From positions 1 to 64,000 of the forward strand of contig CBDFLJ010000001.1 of assembly GCA_965248835.1 (NCBI GenBank): a stretch of 64,000 nt of DNA, written 5' to 3'. A program made the translations under genes and the position numbers. Position 1 is the first letter of the stretch. Each line of letters begins with the position of its first letter. Below, in pieces: positions 10,214-19,699 of this stretch. Source of the DNA: Alphaproteobacteria bacterium (GTDB taxonomy: Bacteria > Pseudomonadota > Alphaproteobacteria > MPNO01). Below the pieces are notes generated by a model. The model was not told the origin of the DNA. It searched no databases and saw only the letters and a list, made by a program, of their open reading frames with translations.

Positions 10214-10492
10214 CACTCGCTCCCCATCGGTTGTGCGCCCGGCGAGGCTCGCCGCCGCGCCCGGCTTACGGTTCGTTTTCCGAGCGGCCGGCTTGGACTA
10301 TCATCCCCGCGGTCGTCAGGAATTCGGCGAACCGCCGGTTGGCACCGGCCGGGCAGCGACCAGACGGGAAGGTACCATGCCGAAGATGGCGATCAACGGA
10401 TCGCGGCAACACCGGGCGGCACCGGCCCGAACGCTCTGCCGGTCGGTTTCCGGTCCGGCGAGGCCGGCGATCGACAGACGGGAGGCTGACAG

Positions 10493-11383
10493 GTGCTCAG
10501 AGGTGTCGTGATACCGGTCATCACGCCGTTCGAGGACGACGGCTCGGTCGACGAGGCGACGCTCCGCCGGTTGGTCGACTTCTATCTCGGGTCCTCGGTG
10601 CAGGGCCTGTTCGCGCTCGGCTCCTCGGGACAGGGGCCGGCGATGTCGACCGCCGAGCGCAAACAGGCGGCGGAGATCATCATCGACCAAGCCGCCGGGC
10701 GCTGCCCGGTGATCGTCCATGTCGGGACGGCGGACACGCCGACGACGGTCGAGCTCGCCGAGCATGCGGCCCAGCACGGCGCGCAGGGCGTCGGCGTCAT
10801 CCCGCCCTACTACTACTGCGACCAGCCCCAATCCGCCGTCCTCGAACATTTCCGTGCGGTCGGCCAAGCGGTGCCGTTGCCCATCCTGATCTACGAGAAC
10901 CCGAAATATTCGGGGATCTCCGTCTCGCCCCAGTTCGGGGCCGAGATGAAGGAGGCGGTGCCGACGATCGGCGGCATGAAGGTCGCCTACGGCGCCGGCC
11001 CGATGCTCGACTTCGTCAAGCTGTTCCCGGACGACGTCTCGGTCTTCACCGGAAACGCCGACATCTTCGGACTCGTGCCCTTCGGCGTCGCCGGCATGAT
11101 CAACCCGCCGACGAGCTTCATGCCGGAGCTCTGCGTCGCGCTGTGGCAGGCGCTCGATGGCAAGGACTATGCCGCGGCCGTCGGGCTGCAAGCCCGGGTG
11201 AATTCACTTGCCCAGACCGTCATCGCCAATATCAAACGCCACGGCCGGGGTACGGTGGCCGAAACCTTCCGATTGCGCGGCATCCCGGTCAAGCGCTTCC
11301 CGAGATGGGATACCAAGCCGTTGCCGCCGGAAGCGCGCGCCGCCATCCGCCGCGACCTCGCGGCCGGCGGGTTCGTGGACTGA
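10493..11383 (+). CDS. Dihydrodipicolinate synthase family aldolase/dehydratase
   Basis: ITPFEDDGSVD, GSSGQ, IPPYY, LIYENP, Schiff-base Lys in GMKVA. Confidence 0.88.
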   Translation: MLRGVVIPVITPFEDDGSVDEATLRRLVDFYLGSSVQGLFALGSSGQGPAMSTAERKQAAEIIIDQAAGRCPVIVHVGTADTPTTVELAEHAAQHGAQGVGVIPPYYYCDQPQSAVLEHFRAVGQAVPLPILIYENPKYSGISVSPQFGAEMKEAVPTIGGMKVAYGAGPMLDFVKLFPDDVSVFTGNADIFGLVPFGVAGMINPPTSFMPELCVALWQALDGKDYAAAVGLQARVNSLAQTVIANIKRHGRGTVAETFRLRGIPVKRFPRWDTKPLPPEARAAIRRDLAAGGFVD

Positions 11384-11386
11384 ACG

Positions 11387-12589
11387 ATGAAGATCACCAA
11401 CAAGGATATCCCGCGCGTCGGACCGGGCACACCGGGCGGCGCATGGCTCAGGCGCTACTGGCTGCCGGTGGGTACGCAGGCGGAGCTTTACGACATCCCG
11501 CAGGCGGTGCGGGTTCTCGGCGAAGACCTGGTTCTGTTTCGCGACCGCGCCGGCCGGCTCGGACTCATCGGGCAGGCCTGTGCCCACCGCGGCGCCTCGC
11601 TCGAATACGGCAAGATCGAAGAGCGCGGCATCCGCTGCCCCTATCACGGCTGGCTCTACGATGTCTTGGGTAAGTGCCTGGACCAGCCGTCCGAGGCGGG
11701 CGGCAAGGAATTCTGCGACAGGGTTCGTCACACCGCCTATCCGGTGCGCACACTGGGCGGGCTGATCTTCGCCTATCTCGGCCCGGACCCGGCGAACCCG
11801 CCGCCGCTGCCCAACTATTCGCCGCTGATCGATCACGGCGGGCAGCGGATGATCGAGCCGACGCGGCACTTCGACTACAACTGGTTCAACTTCTACGAGA
11901 ACAGCGCCGATCCCTGCCATGTCTGGATCCTCCACAGCAACAGCGCCTATGGCGAACAGTCGTGGGGCAACCGATTCTTCAGCCTGGCGGACCCGCCCGA
12001 CTACGTGCCGGTAGAGACCCAGTACGGCATGAAGATCGTGATGTCCAAGCCGGGGCCGGAGGCGGGGACCGCGTTCGTCGACGAGATGAGTCTCGGGTTC
12101 CCGAGCATCCTCCAGATCGGCGACACCGCGTTCGTCCATGCCAAGGTCGACCCGCAAAAGCTGGTCAACGCAGGGGCGAACCACGAACACTTCATGTTCC
12201 TGACGCCCAACGACGACAACCATTTCATGATGTTCACCGTCGACTACTACACCGGCCCGGACGCCGATTTCTTCGACCGGCTGGCCGAGATGCGCAAGCG
12301 CGAGGAGCCCGAGGAAGAGGTGAAGCCCTATGACAGGCGTCCCCTGATGCCGTTCCGGGGCAGCGTGCGCAGGGAGGACATCATCACACAGGGAACGCAG
12401 GGGCTGCTCGGCGAACGCAGCGAGCAGCTCGGGACATCGGACCGCGGAGTGATCATGCTGCGCAAGATGGTCCGCGAGGCCATCGAAGCCGTGGCGGCGG
12501 GCGAGGCACCCAAGGCGCTGCACCTGGAAGAGAACGCCGAAGGGCTGGTCAAGCTCGACTCCTTCGTCGGCGTGCGGCCGGCGGGTTGA
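11387..12589 (+). CDS. Rieske non-heme iron oxygenase alpha subunit (phthalate 4,5-dioxygenase/LigXa-like)
   Basis: VGPGTPGG..LRRYWLP, Rieske CAHR...CPYH, mononuclear Fe motif ENSADPCHVWILH, EQLGTSDRGVI. Confidence 0.92.
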   Translation: MKITNKDIPRVGPGTPGGAWLRRYWLPVGTQAELYDIPQAVRVLGEDLVLFRDRAGRLGLIGQACAHRGASLEYGKIEERGIRCPYHGWLYDVLGKCLDQPSEAGGKEFCDRVRHTAYPVRTLGGLIFAYLGPDPANPPPLPNYSPLIDHGGQRMIEPTRHFDYNWFNFYENSADPCHVWILHSNSAYGEQSWGNRFFSLADPPDYVPVETQYGMKIVMSKPGPEAGTAFVDEMSLGFPSILQIGDTAFVHAKVDPQKLVNAGANHEHFMFLTPNDDNHFMMFTVDYYTGPDADFFDRLAEMRKREEPEEEVKPYDRRPLMPFRGSVRREDIITQGTQGLLGERSEQLGTSDRGVIMLRKMVREAIEAVAAGEAPKALHLEENAEGLVKLDSFVGVRPAG

Positions 12590-12664
12590 GGCCCGCGCGG
12601 CGGCGCGCGGTGGCGAAGACCGACATCGGCGCTATCGTGCATCCTGACCGGACGGCGGAGGAAA

Positions 12665-12800
12665 GCGCCGTGCCTGATGGCCTCCGAGATCGCCAACGCG
12701 CTGTGGCGCAAGGCCCGGCTGGGCGCCGACCGAACACGGCGATGCGGTGGTGACGTTGGCGGATTATGCGAGGACGCGGGGCTGACATGCCGGTGGTACG
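12665..12800 (+). pseudogene. Remnant of a PIN-domain (VapC-like) toxin gene
   Basis: Intergenic frame reads APCLMASEIANALWRKARLG, typical of the middle helix of PIN toxins; no N-terminal VVDAS motif and no antitoxin nearby. Confidence 0.5.
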
Positions 12801-12955
12801 GCCGAAAGAAAGGACCGCCGGTTGGTCGCAGTGCGCGGCGTGGCGAACGACAACGGCTCGGTGGAGGCCGGATCGGATCCGCCATGCGCAAGGCGAGCGA
12901 GGCGATCCGGACCCGTGGATGCCGCCAATGGAAATCGTGAAGGGGGATCGTGAAC

Positions 12956-13813
12956 ATGGCGCGCAAGCAGGAGATCGGGGCCGCAACCGAGGAGTCCACG
13001 AGCAAGGAGGTGATCGCCGGAGGCCTCCGCATCCACTACAACGAGGTCGGCAGCGGCGATCCGATCATCGCCATCCACGGCGGCGGGCCGGGCGCCACCG
13101 GCTGGAGCAACTTCCAGGGCAACGTCCAGGACCTGGCACGCGACAACCGGCTACTGATGTTCGACATGCCGGGCTGGGGCCGCTCCGAATACCCGGAAGA
13201 CGCCGTCGAGCACGAGTTCATCGCCTGGATGGGCGGCGTGCTCAACGATTTCATGGACGCTCTCGACATCGAGAGCGCCGATGTGATCGGCAACTCGATG
13301 GGCGGGCAGGCGGCGCTGGGGCTCGCGCTCAACCATCCCGATCGGGTCAAGCATATGGTGCTGATCGGCAGCCAGCCGACCAACACGGTGTTTTTTCAGC
13401 CGACGCCGCAGGAGGCGCTTCACAACATCGTCAGGTTCTACCGGGACGAGGGGCCGACCTTCGAGAAGATGAAGACGCTCGCCACGAGCCTCGTCCATGA
13501 CGCGTCGATGGTCACCGACGCGCTGGTGCAGGAGCGCCTCGAGGCCGCGACCACGCCCGAAGCGCTTGATCAGGTGAAGCGGCGCATCAAGCAGCCGCGC
13601 CGTGACTATTATTTCGAGCTCGAGAAGAACGCGGTGCCGACGCTTCTGGTGTGGGGTCAGGAAGACAAGGGCGGCGCCATGGAGGCCGGGCTGATGATGC
13701 TGAAGCGGTTTCAGAACGCCCGCATGTACATCTTCGCCAAGTGCGGTCACTGGGCGCAGGTCGAGCATCGCGCGGAGTTCGACCGCGTGTGCCTGGAGTT
13801 CTTCAGGTCGTAG
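12956..13813 (+). CDS. Alpha/beta hydrolase, meta-cleavage product (BphD/MhpC/HsaD-like) C-C hydrolase
   Basis: HGGGPGATGWSNF, GNSMGG nucleophile elbow, WGQED, CGHWAQVE. Confidence 0.9.
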   Translation: MARKQEIGAATEESTSKEVIAGGLRIHYNEVGSGDPIIAIHGGGPGATGWSNFQGNVQDLARDNRLLMFDMPGWGRSEYPEDAVEHEFIAWMGGVLNDFMDALDIESADVIGNSMGGQAALGLALNHPDRVKHMVLIGSQPTNTVFFQPTPQEALHNIVRFYRDEGPTFEKMKTLATSLVHDASMVTDALVQERLEAATTPEALDQVKRRIKQPRRDYYFELEKNAVPTLLVWGQEDKGGAMEAGLMMLKRFQNARMYIFAKCGHWAQVEHRAEFDRVCLEFFRS

Positions 13814-13837
13814 CAGGACGCCGGAGGCGCCGCGCGC

Positions 13838-14983
13838 TCACGCCGCCGCGGAGTCGATCACACGGCGCAGAAACGCGGTGCAGTCGGCGATCTGGCTTCG
13901 GCTGACGAACTCGTCGGGCTGATGGGCCTGGGCGACGCTGCCGGGCCCGCAGACGATCGACGGGATGCCGGCCTCGGCGAACAGGCCCGCCTCGCAGACA
14001 TAGGCAGCCGTGTCGGCGCCGTTCTGGCCGGTCAGCCGCAGCGCCAGCGCCTCCGCCGGGGAGCCCGGCAGCGGCCCCAAGGTGGGGGCGGCGATGTTGA
14101 CGATGGTCTCGATTCCGGCGTCGGGATCGACGGCGCGCATCCGCGGCACCAGCGCACGGACGGCGAAGCCGTCGAGCCGGGCGAGCACGTCGGCCGGATC
14201 GACGTTGGGGGTCTGGCGGAACTCCCATCTGAACGCACAGCGCCGGGCGATGATGTTGACCGCGGTCCCCCCGGTGATGGCGCCGATGTTGAAGGTCGTC
14301 CCCGGCGGGTCGAACGAAGCCGCCGCGCCGTCCTTCGGCAGCCCGCCGATCACCGACTCGATGTGGCTGATGAATTCGCCGGCATAAAGGATTGCGCTGA
14401 CCCCCGCCGCCGGCCGGCTGGAGTGGCCGTCGCGGCCGGTGACCACGGTCTCCTGCTGCGAGATGCCCTTGTGGGCGTTGACCACCTTCATCCCCGTCGG
14501 TTCGCCGACGATGGCAAGCCCGGGCCGCGGCAGCTCCCGGCCGATCAGCGCGATCAGCGGGCGGACCCCGACGCAGCCGACCTCCTCGTCATAGGACAGC
14601 GCGATATGGATCGGCCGGCTCAGCGGTGCGGCGGCGATCTCCGGCGCAAGCGCGACGGCACAGCCGATGAAGCCCTTCATGTCGGTGGTGCCGCGGCCGT
14701 ACAGGCGTCCGTCGCGCTCGACCATGCGGAACGGATCCGACGTCCAGGGCTGGCCCTCGACCGGGACCACGTCGGAATGGCCCGACAGGACGATACCGCC
14801 GGGCTCGGACGGCCCGAAGGTGGCGAACAGATTGGCCTTGGTGCCGGTCTCGTCGGCGACCTTGCGGACCGCCGCGCCGTGGCCCGAAAGGTAGTCGGCG
14901 ACCGCATCGATCAGGGGCAGGTTGGGCTTGGACGAGGTGGTGTCGAATCCGACAAGCCAGTCGACCGCCTCGACATCGCTCAT
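13838..14983 (-). CDS. argE: Acetylornithine deacetylase (M20 family)
   Basis: LSGHSDVVP, GRGTTDMKG, YDEEVGC, GEPT, GHSS, QAHQPDEF. Confidence 0.9.
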   Translation of the reverse strand: MSDVEAVDWLVGFDTTSSKPNLPLIDAVADYLSGHGAAVRKVADETGTKANLFATFGPSEPGGIVLSGHSDVVPVEGQPWTSDPFRMVERDGRLYGRGTTDMKGFIGCAVALAPEIAAAPLSRPIHIALSYDEEVGCVGVRPLIALIGRELPRPGLAIVGEPTGMKVVNAHKGISQQETVVTGRDGHSSRPAAGVSAILYAGEFISHIESVIGGLPKDGAAASFDPPGTTFNIGAITGGTAVNIIARRCAFRWEFRQTPNVDPADVLARLDGFAVRALVPRMRAVDPDAGIETIVNIAAPTLGPLPGSPAEALALRLTGQNGADTAAYVCEAGLFAEAGIPSIVCGPGSVAQAHQPDEFVSRSQIADCTAFLRRVIDSAAA

Positions 14984-15322
14984 CCGCGCCCGGTCGGCCA
15001 CTAGAGCCTGTTCCCATCGGGTCGGATCGGCCCGGCGCGGCCTGTTCGGCACAGGTTCCAGCCCGGAACGCGCGCCAAGGGCGCGGCACGGGATCGTCGT
15101 TTCGTGGTAAAGGGCAGCTTGGTCAAGGCGTTACCTGCACCGCGAAGGTCCATCCCATACACACGCACGGACGGTACGCCCGCCCTGCTCGGGTTTCAAG
15201 GCCCCGGGCCGCGCCGCGCGGCGGACAAGTCCGGCGGCGGTCCGGATCGTGTCCTTCCTGCGGTCGAGGACGTCCCTGGGCTCGGCACCAAGCGGGCGAT
15301 CGGCGCAAGCGTCGCCGCGGTG

Positions 15323-16093
15323 CTACGGTTGTCGGTCGGCGTCGACGCGCCTTGCCAGACTGACCAGGTCGGTCTCGCCCGACAGACGGTGCAGCAGGTA
15401 GATCGGCCGGCCTCGGGCCTCGGCCTCGTCGACGCCCTTGCGGACATCGACGGCGATGCTTGGCATGACGCTTGCCACGGTGCCGGCCCACGGGCGTTCG
15501 ACCGGGCAATGGACGTGGCCGCAGAGCAGCCGCACGACCTGCGGGTGGCGGCCGACCACGTCGGCGAGTGCGGCAGCCTCTTCGGTCCGCCGGTAGCCGC
15601 CGATGTAGTGGTCGTCGATGTCGAAGGGCGGATGATGGATGAACAGCAGCGTCGGCCGGTCCGGACGGTCGCTCAGCACCGCATCCAGCCAGGCCGCACG
15701 CGCCGGGCAAAAGACCCCCTTGCGCTCGCCGGGCAGCGTGGAATCGATGGCGACCAGGCGCAGCACATGATCCTCGACCGTGTAATGGAGGAAGTCGCCG
15801 TTCCTGGGCAGGTAGGGCTGGTCGCGGAAGGCCGCGCGCAGCGCGCCGTTGTCATCGCGGTTGCCGGGGATCAGGTAGAGCGGCGCCTGCAGCGGCGCCA
15901 GCAGCGCGCGCAGGTGCGCATACTCTTCCGGTTCGCCGTACTGCACCGTATCGCCGGTGAAGATCACCGCATCGGGCCGTTGCCGGTTGATGTCCGCGAT
16001 GCAGCACCGCAGGCAGTCGATCCTGCGTTGCGCCGCCGGATGATCCGATGCGCGGTCCAGGATGTGGGTATCGCTGATCTGGGCGATGAGCAT
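15323..16093 (-). CDS. Calcineurin-like metallophosphoesterase (CpdA/GpdQ-like phosphodiesterase)
   Basis: ISDTH, FTGD, PGNRD, HHPP, GHVH motifs; ATG 16093. Confidence 0.9.
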   Translation of the reverse strand: MLIAQISDTHILDRASDHPAAQRRIDCLRCCIADINRQRPDAVIFTGDTVQYGEPEEYAHLRALLAPLQAPLYLIPGNRDDNGALRAAFRDQPYLPRNGDFLHYTVEDHVLRLVAIDSTLPGERKGVFCPARAAWLDAVLSDRPDRPTLLFIHHPPFDIDDHYIGGYRRTEEAAALADVVGRHPQVVRLLCGHVHCPVERPWAGTVASVMPSIAVDVRKGVDEAEARGRPIYLLHRLSGETDLVSLARRVDADRQP

Positions 16094-16232
16094 TTGATCG
16101 AAAGCATCCCTTTGGGATTTCGTTCGAAGCGGTCCGGTGGGACGACCTGGCGCCTGTTCCGGACGCGCCGGACCGGCCTCGAACGCGATCCGGGCTTGTG
16201 GTAACGGCGAAGGGTCCTTCGGTGGTCTGCGT

Positions 16233-18077
16233 TCAGTCGACGATGTGATACACCGGGGCCTTCTCCAACTCCCACGTCCCGGAGTGCCGGTCATAGCGGG
16301 ACAAGGTGAAGCAATGCCAGTCGGCATCGTCCAGCTTCGGATGATCGGCCCGATAGTAGTAGCCCGGCCACCGCGTTTCCGTCCGGAACATCGTGTGCTG
16401 TGTGACGGCCTCCGACGCCAGGACCCGGTGTTGCAGCTCCCAAGACCGCTGTAGCTGGTGAAGGTCCTCGGCGCCGAGATGGTCGAGGTCTTCCTTCAGC
16501 ATGTCCAGCAATTCCAGCCCGCGGGTGAGCATCGGTTCGTTGGTCGTGTAATAGGAGCTGATGCCGCCGACATATTCGTCCATGATCTTCTCGAGACGCT
16601 GGAGACCATGAATCGGCAGAATATAGCTCGGTGAAACGGTTCCCGCGACGATCTCGTTGCGGCCGACTTTGTAGTTCTCCAAGGGTTGGAAGATCACCTT
16701 CTTGAGGTCCTGGTATTCCGCCTCGCTGATCTGAGGCTGCTCGCTGCCCAGGTCGTTGACGTAATTGACCGCCGCCTTGCCGGCAATCCGGCCTTCGGTG
16801 AAAGACCCCGAGGAGAACTTGTGAGCGCTGCCGCCGATGGTGTCGCCGGCACCGAACAGCCCGTCCACGGTCATCATCCGGTTGTATCCCCACTGGTATT
16901 CCGCGGGGGCGCAGTCCTCCGGTCCGCTCGCCCACGCGCCGGAGCAGGTGGCGTGCGAGCCCATGACATAGGGCTCGGACGTGGTCAGTTCGGGGTTGGT
17001 GTGCTTGGGATCGATGTTCTGCGACGCCCAGACGACCGCTTGGCCGATCGTCATGCCGAGAAAGTTCTCCCAGCCGACGGTCTCCTTGTGCGGATCCTGG
17101 AAGGCCTCCGTGGTCACCATGTGGATCGGGCCGCGGCCGGCCTTGAGCTCCTCGAGCATAGCGTGGTTCCGCAGGCAGGTCGGCACCGGATGCCGGTCAA
17201 CGTAATCCCCGACCAGTTGCTTGGTGTGATCGTACCATTTGGCTTCGTAATCTTCGCCATACGCGTTCTGGGTGTAGGTCTTCAGGTGCAGAAAATAGGC
17301 GCCGACCGGGCCGTAGCCGTCCTTGAAACGGGTCAGGACGATCCGGTTCTCCATCTGCGTCATCTTGGCGCCGACGAGGATCGGCAGCGCATAGGCGGAG
17401 GCGCTGCTCCATGGGGCGTACCAGGTCCGCCCCATCCCTTCGCCGACCGCACGGGGCTTGAAGATGTGCGAGGCGCCACCGGCGGATACGATGACGGCCT
17501 TGGAGCGGAAGACGTAGAAATCCCCGGTCCGGACGTTGAAACCGACCGCCCCGGCGACCCGGTCGGGCTTGGTCCGGTCCATCAGCAGGTGGGTCACCAT
17601 GATCCGGTTGTAGACCTCGGTGGCGGCCTTGCGTGCGGCCTCGGCGACGATCGGCTTGTAGCTTTCGCCGTGGATCATGATCTGCCATTTGCCCTCGCGC
17701 AGATACCGCCCGGTTTCCGGGTCCTTCATGATCGGCAGGCCCCATTCTTCGAACTTGTGCACCGAGGAATCGACATGCCGGGCGATGTCGTAGCCCAGAT
17801 CCTCGCGCACCAGGCCCATCAGGTCGTTCCGGGCGTAACGGACATGGTCCTCGGGCTGGTTCTCGTCCCACTGCATGCCCATGTAGCAGTTGATCGCATA
17901 CAGGCCTTGCGCGACGGCGCCGCTGCGCTCGATGTTCGCCTTCTCGACGCAGACGACCTTGAGGTCGCGCCCCCAGTACCTGGACTCGTACGTGGCTCCG
18001 CATCCGGCCATGCCGCCGCCGATGACGAGGATATCCGAATCCACGAAAACCGTTTTCCTGCGTCCGAAAAGACCCAC
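16233..18077 (-). CDS. aprA: Adenylylsulfate (APS) reductase alpha subunit
   Basis: DILVIGGGMAGCG, RSGAVAQGL, WQIMIHGESYK, KDGYGPVGA, EPYVMGSH, HKFSSGS, ETRWPGYY. Confidence 0.97.
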   Translation of the reverse strand: MGLFGRRKTVFVDSDILVIGGGMAGCGATYESRYWGRDLKVVCVEKANIERSGAVAQGLYAINCYMGMQWDENQPEDHVRYARNDLMGLVREDLGYDIARHVDSSVHKFEEWGLPIMKDPETGRYLREGKWQIMIHGESYKPIVAEAARKAATEVYNRIMVTHLLMDRTKPDRVAGAVGFNVRTGDFYVFRSKAVIVSAGGASHIFKPRAVGEGMGRTWYAPWSSASAYALPILVGAKMTQMENRIVLTRFKDGYGPVGAYFLHLKTYTQNAYGEDYEAKWYDHTKQLVGDYVDRHPVPTCLRNHAMLEELKAGRGPIHMVTTEAFQDPHKETVGWENFLGMTIGQAVVWASQNIDPKHTNPELTTSEPYVMGSHATCSGAWASGPEDCAPAEYQWGYNRMMTVDGLFGAGDTIGGSAHKFSSGSFTEGRIAGKAAVNYVNDLGSEQPQISEAEYQDLKKVIFQPLENYKVGRNEIVAGTVSPSYILPIHGLQRLEKIMDEYVGGISSYYTTNEPMLTRGLELLDMLKEDLDHLGAEDLHQLQRSWELQHRVLASEAVTQHTMFRTETRWPGYYYRADHPKLDDADWHCFTLSRYDRHSGTWELEKAPVYHIVD

Positions 18078-18538
18078 TAGACCACTCCCTGCTTGAGTTG
18101 ATCCGGGGTCAACGCCGGCAGTTTATCGATGTTCAGCGCATCCGGCTCGTGCGCAAGTTCCTGGGATTTCATGGCGTCCGGGCTGGGCGGCTCATAATCG
18201 GCCGGTGATTTGATCGATCCCCACGGCGTGGTGCGGATCGGGGAAACGAAATTCTTTTCACGGCCGTCCCGGAATTTGACCTTCCATGAAATGGTGCCCT
18301 TCTTCTCTTCGCGGAGCACCCGGACGCTGTGCCCCAACGGCGCGAAGTCGGCATAGCCGCGTACGTCGATCGCGTTCTGCGGACACGCCTTCACGCAGGA
18401 GTAGCACTCCCAGCACATGTTGGGCTCGATGTTATAGGCACGGCGATAGGTAGTATCGATGTGCATGATGTCGGACGGGCAGATATCGACGCAATGTCCG
18501 CAGCCGTCGCAACGGGTCATGTAGACGAATGTCGGCAT
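18077..18538 (-). CDS. aprB: APS reductase beta subunit (2x[4Fe-4S])
   Basis: MPTFVYMTRCDGCGHCVDICPSDIMH...CWECYSCVKACP; stop overlaps the aprA start. Confidence 0.97.
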   Translation of the reverse strand: MPTFVYMTRCDGCGHCVDICPSDIMHIDTTYRRAYNIEPNMCWECYSCVKACPQNAIDVRGYADFAPLGHSVRVLREEKKGTISWKVKFRDGREKNFVSPIRTTPWGSIKSPADYEPPSPDAMKSQELAHEPDALNIDKLPALTPDQLKQGVV

Positions 18539-18581
18539 GATATTCCGCTATCTCCTGTATCGAAGACCAATGATGGGCCGG

Positions 18582-19367
18582 TTAGTAATTTCGAGGCTCT
18601 TGGCGGGCGCTGCCAAAGATTTCGGGCTTGTCGGCGGGCGCCGGCAGGTTGCTCCTCGAACCGTTCGCGTTCTCCACCCGTTTCTGGAAGGCCGCTGCCG
18701 GCTTGAAGAACATGTGTGAGAACTTGGACCACGGAACGGACCCGAAGAGCACCGTCGTGGCGATGAGGTACAGACCGAGAAACACGTTTGTCCACGAACT
18801 GCCCGCCGCCTGCAGCAAGGCCCAGAGCAGGCCCAGTGTCACGCTCGCAAGAAGCGACAGGATGAACAGATCGGCACGCACGATGCGGAGCGGCGAATTG
18901 CCCTCGGCGGCGACGTCGACCCGGATGAAGAACCAGAACCAGTAGCCGCCCAGGCATACCAGCAGGGCCCCGATATACCACAGTTGGGGCAGGACGGCGG
19001 GCGCCGGCGCGGCGAGCGTCGGGTACCAGAACACCATGATGACGGTCGTGATCGCATTAGCCAGGAAACCGTACATGGTCAGGAGATGGGCAATTCTGCG
19101 CCGTGCGCTGCAGAATTCACCGGACGCCAGGCCGTCGACAACAGCGGTTTGAACCGCCAGCGACAGCATTTCCCCGCCGCCGACTTGCTGCGTGCCCTTA
19201 TTCCTTGTATTGCGCCAATTGTTGAAGAAGTACTTGGCGCTTTTCTTGTGAATGACGTCGAACAGCGTGCCAACCACAACCAGGACGATCATGATGACGA
19301 CGTAGGTCTGCATGACGTGGGGTGGTATGGACGCCGAAAGCGCGGCGAAGGGATTGCCGGAGAACAT
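18582..19367 (-). CDS. aprM: APS reductase membrane anchor AprM
   Basis: Multi-pass membrane protein (HKKSAKYFF, AHLLTMYG, WFWFFIRVDV, WSKFSHMFFKP) directly upstream of aprBA. Confidence 0.88.
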   Translation of the reverse strand: MFSGNPFAALSASIPPHVMQTYVVIMIVLVVVGTLFDVIHKKSAKYFFNNWRNTRNKGTQQVGGGEMLSLAVQTAVVDGLASGEFCSARRRIAHLLTMYGFLANAITTVIMVFWYPTLAAPAPAVLPQLWYIGALLVCLGGYWFWFFIRVDVAAEGNSPLRIVRADLFILSLLASVTLGLLWALLQAAGSSWTNVFLGLYLIATTVLFGSVPWSKFSHMFFKPAAAFQKRVENANGSRSNLPAPADKPEIFGSARQEPRNY

Positions 19368-19699
19368 CGAATTACCTCAATGGTAGCCGGTTATCATCTA
19401 CGCAACGACCGATGGCGTGCCAGCGGCGAAAAACCCCGCCCTCACACACCGCATGCGGCCGCCGGGTGCCGGTCGCGCAGCCGGACGTTCCGCCGCCGAT
19501 GATCAAGAGGTCGTGCGGACATGATGACCATGCGTGCAGGCGGTGCCCTCGTCGTCCCGGCTGTCGTCGCACATTGCAGAATGAACAAAGGTGGACACCC
19601 GAACTGTCTCCCCTCACCGGCCTGCGGTCGCGCCCGATGAACCGGAGACGTGCTGTCGGATGGTACCATATTTTCGCGATGCGCGCATCGCCGGCCGCC

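Noticed and set aside
15053-15322. Possible gene fragments in the argE-phosphoesterase spacer (also 30670-30955)
   Set aside because: No motif I can assign; left unannotated.
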